The notes beneath the pieces were generated by a model. The model was not told where the DNA came from. It ran no database searches and saw nothing but the letters and a program-made list of their open reading frames with translations. A DNA stretch of 64,000 nucleotides, taken from positions 62,001 to 126,000 of the forward strand of contig RSEE01000090.1 of assembly GCA_003971905.1 (NCBI GenBank). The letters run 5' to 3'. The position numbers and the translations under genes were made by a program. Positions within the stretch are counted from its first letter, which is position 1. Each line of letters opens with the position of its first letter. Source of the stretch: Moniliella sp. 'wahieum'. Lineage: Eukaryota. Shown piece by piece: positions 60,447 through 64,000 of the stretch.

Positions 60447-63400
60447 ATCAGACGAAAGGAACAGTAATCGTCGAGTGCTAGAAGGCGTTCGTGTGTGGCA
60501 CGGGTGGGGGGGGGTGCAGATGTTGTGTGGTGGTGATGACCCTGGTCGTAATAACCGCGATTATTGATCGATCAGCACAGCGCCCATCAGCCTGAGCGAT
60601 CATCGGTTACCGCTCCGTCTTTGTCGACGCACATGTATACAGTGCGGCGTGGTGGGGCCGCTGGGGCCCAGCATTTGCCGCTCAGGTAGGCGCCTGTAGG
60701 CGCTCAGGCTGAAGAGTGGCACAGCGCAGCCTGAAGACTGCGACCGACAACTGCGAGGCGATTATCGATTATCAATTACCGAGCGCCCACAAGAACGAAC
60801 GCCGGGCACACGCCGCATAGATAAACGGTGATGCATGCATGATGTACGATGCTCGCTTGGGGCTTGAGCACACGGAGTATACGCAGACGGAGTACTGACT
60901 GTACTGGGGAGTGAACGTTGAACTGAGTACTGCTTATAGCCTTGGAGCGCCTGGGCGCTGAGTGCTCAATTTGGCCGGCGTGGTTGGAGGAAAGCCTGGG
61001 TACACTGTCCCCATGCCTCCGCCCCTCCGCCAATTTCCCCAAAAGAGGCTGAGCGTTTGGGCTGAGCTTGAGGGGCGAGCCCGAGCAGCTGGCAGGTGGC
61101 TGTGACTGGCCTGAGGCCTGATGCCTCGTCTGTGGGTATCGTCCCTGTGCGAGAGTTGTTCGGAATGTGGCTGGCTGAAGTGGGTTGCTGATGCGATGCG
61201 TCGCCCACGTGCCCCAAAACGACACCTAGCTAGCTATAGCTACTAGGCCACTCCTCGTCAGCTGATCCACATGTCAGAGGGGGGCAGCATCAGGGCCAGC
61301 AGGCTGGGGCAGCCACCACTCTCCACAGGTACACTGAGTATACTGACTTTGAATATATGTCTTCGATTCTACAAGCTTCAGACTATAATAGCTTCAAGCT
61401 TCAAGCTTCAAGCAGTACACCAAAAAAGCCATGCAGTTTGCCCCTCCCTCTCAAGAAGCGCAGAGTCTTATCTGGTGCCACTTCCCACTCGTCTTCTTCT
61501 CCCATCCGATCCTAGATCCTAACCCTCAACAGTTTTAGTAGGCTCGATCTCTGCCCCTCTGCTTCTCGCCACTGCCACATTGCGCACAACTGCTCATATA
61601 CAACCTCGCTATTATAGGAGGGAAGCCAAGATGTCATCACGTTTAGCGCTTAGCCCAACAGGAACCAGTACCTGCTACGGGCCCATACGCACTTACATCG
61701 GTCCTAGGTCCTATTAAGGTTCGGTGCTTTGTCCGCAATCTTATTATTAACATATTATCTAGAGATTGAACGTTCAACAGAGCTCGCTCTCAAGCCCAAT
61801 CAAGTTCGGGAGGGTAAAGCTTTCGAGCCATGGCCGGGGTTCCGAGCGGCCATAACATGCATAATCGACCTACGCATCCTTGACGACGACAGTCTGTTAC
61901 TAGGGTTCTCCTGCGCGGCCCTCAATGGATCGGTGACGCTCGCCTAGCCGAGCGGAAGAGTTCCGCTCGCAGGCCGCGCACGCCCTGCTCGCTCCATCTC
62001 CCTTCTCTCTCTCCTTTCTCCTTCCCTTCAGACGTTGTTTGAAGACTTGTGGCTCACCACTTTGCCTTCACGCCTTGTCTGAAGCTGCTTTGCAGCTGAT
62101 CCATAGGATCGCGAGTGCTCCCAAGTCGCACTCTAGCACAGTCGCCCCTTGCCCCTTTATATTTTCTGTTTTGTTATTACCCAATTATATAGTACCTCTC
62201 GTTCCTATTACGGACAGAGCGCTACGGATAAGTTTGTTTCTTTGTTCCTCTCGCCCGCGAACGGTCTCCCCTGTGGTAAGATTTCACTGCACCCCAGTGC
62301 CTTGTTTATCCCCCCACCATTCCCCCTCCACTGCATTGTGTCCCTGCCTGTAAACAGTCAATGGTCCGTATTGGATTTTCCCCACCATCCATTCTTGGCA
62401 TCTTTCAACAAGCTTCACCTCCTGTCTTCGCTTATATATCCCATCAGCGTGTCTACACCTTCATCGTCAACTAATCCGTACGGTAGAGGCAACTCCGCCT
62501 CTTAGTTGCCTTTAACCCCTATAGACACCGACGGTCAGCCTTCAGGTCAGCGCTCAGCGTCCCGGCAAATGGATCAACAGGTCCACACGTTACATCCGGC
62601 GTATATCACGCGGAGCGCCCCCTATTGTGCATAAGGAAAGCGGTGTAAAATGCACACAGGCGCCAACACTCCTTAGATCCCCCAAGAGAATCAGGTCGTT
62701 GCAGGGAGCTTCGGTCCAACAATATTCTCCTCATCCTTGTTCCTTCAGTAGAGGGGCGTACTAAGAGACCTGTTAATGGTTCCTTTACTCCCATATTTCT
62801 TGCGTTGAGTCTATTCCCTTCTTTTATATAGATCCTGGTTGCATACCCCTTGAACCGGAATGTTTTCCCTTGGTGGGCCATCACTTCAATCAGTCCTTGA
62901 GCCCGAACGACTTCTATATTTACCTTCTGTAGGAGCTTTTTTACACAACTATAACTACGCCCGTTTAGTTCTAACGACCAACACATATATGTATGTAGTG
63001 GACGGCAGTCACTACCAGATGAGTTGCGAAGAAACGACAGAGGGTTGACCTGACATAACACTGCAGAACCACGTCTCATGAGAAAGATTTCGGACACCGT
63101 TGCGCTTGACAGGAAGGTCCTGTATCATTGTCCGCAGATTCTTGTTCCCGAAAGTAATAGTTGTACTGGCATGCCTGACAAAGATTGGTAGGCATGTATT
63201 CTGACTCTGAAAACGTTGAATCCATATGTAGCTGGGAACGTCTTGCTGCTTCCCCTTTTGATTTCTTGGCGGATTTGGTTCAGCGTATATACCGGGTGGG
63301 AATTTTATGTTCGCCAAGCTTACCAGCGGTTCGTGAGGAGCAAGAGGAGCTCTTTCCTGGCAGCAAGAGAATGGATACAAATATCGAAGAGTGTTATGAA

Positions 63401-64000
63401 AGACTTTCAGAATTCACTGAATCTAGCAGGAGTGTGGAGGAAGACATGGGGTCAGAAGTGAATGGATGCATATCATCAGTGGGTAGGCACATTATAAGAG
63501 TGTGGATCTAAAGACACCCGCTTCTTCCCGTTTTGCTGTGTGCGTGGGATTTTAAGAAATTAAAGGCTGTTCGAGGTTCTTGATAGTGAGTTCGGACGCA
63601 TGTGCTCTCGCCTTTCATCCCTTCCGATAACTGAAACTCAGATTCGTAGGGTCATCGGGCGCTTATAGCCTGTCAATACCGTAGCATCTATCGAGTTCAT
63701 CTTCCCACATACTTCCTCGGAACCGTCATCGTCCGATATGTGTTATTACTCCTCTCGGACTGTCTCTCCGAAGAACGTCTTCCCGAAGAACCTCTTGAGC
63801 TTGGGTTTCCAAACATTGGGCATTCTAATCCGAAGCGTTCACGGAAGACCTGGCACGGTGCGGGCGCTTGGAAAGTGACCCCCCATAATAGTTTTTGTAG
63901 GCGGGCGGAGGGCGAAGTAGCGGTGTTTTAGTAATTGCAGTGCCAACGGTGCGGTGCCCTCATCCTCCCCCCTCTTGCGCTTTATGGGCCAGGGCGGTTG

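Overview
GC-rich fungal nuclear DNA. Gene content, short GT-AG introns with CTRAC branch points and promoter style point to a basidiomycete, probably Ustilaginomycotina (inference). The assembly is indel-prone: most conserved genes are split by single-base deletions in homopolymer runs, so many gene ends are approximate. Genes in order: sterol 3-beta-glucosyltransferase (ATG26-like, 5'-truncated), mitochondrial Tyr-tRNA synthetase, EF-1beta (intron carries a U18-like C/D snoRNA candidate), an RRM protein, FET4-like permease, an aspartate-deficient COQ1/Dlp1-like prenyltransferase, Rho-GDI, AA5 copper-radical oxidase, HEM25-like carrier, ATG8, tRNA-Pro(AGG), an FMO, Cys2-like acyltransferase, acetoacetyl-CoA synthetase, a hypothetical membrane protein, a second tRNA-Pro(AGG), a small hypothetical gene and SUR1-like MIPC synthase. 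The acetoacetyl-CoA synthetase is interrupted by a very young full-length Ty1/copia element (5-bp TSD, LTRs differing only by a 3-bp indel). Its gag and pol are in the same frame separated by one UAG (candidate readthrough), and its PBS resembles a tRNA anticodon-arm (half-tRNA) primer site. A ~13 kb host-gene-free block (3.6-16.9 kb) holds a solo LTR of the same family, a spliced CACTA/EnSpm-like transposase fragment, a 23-bp tandem array, a double GNA-loop hairpin and a 1.2 kb TGTTGA...TCAACA element packed with canonical introns but lacking an evident ORF.
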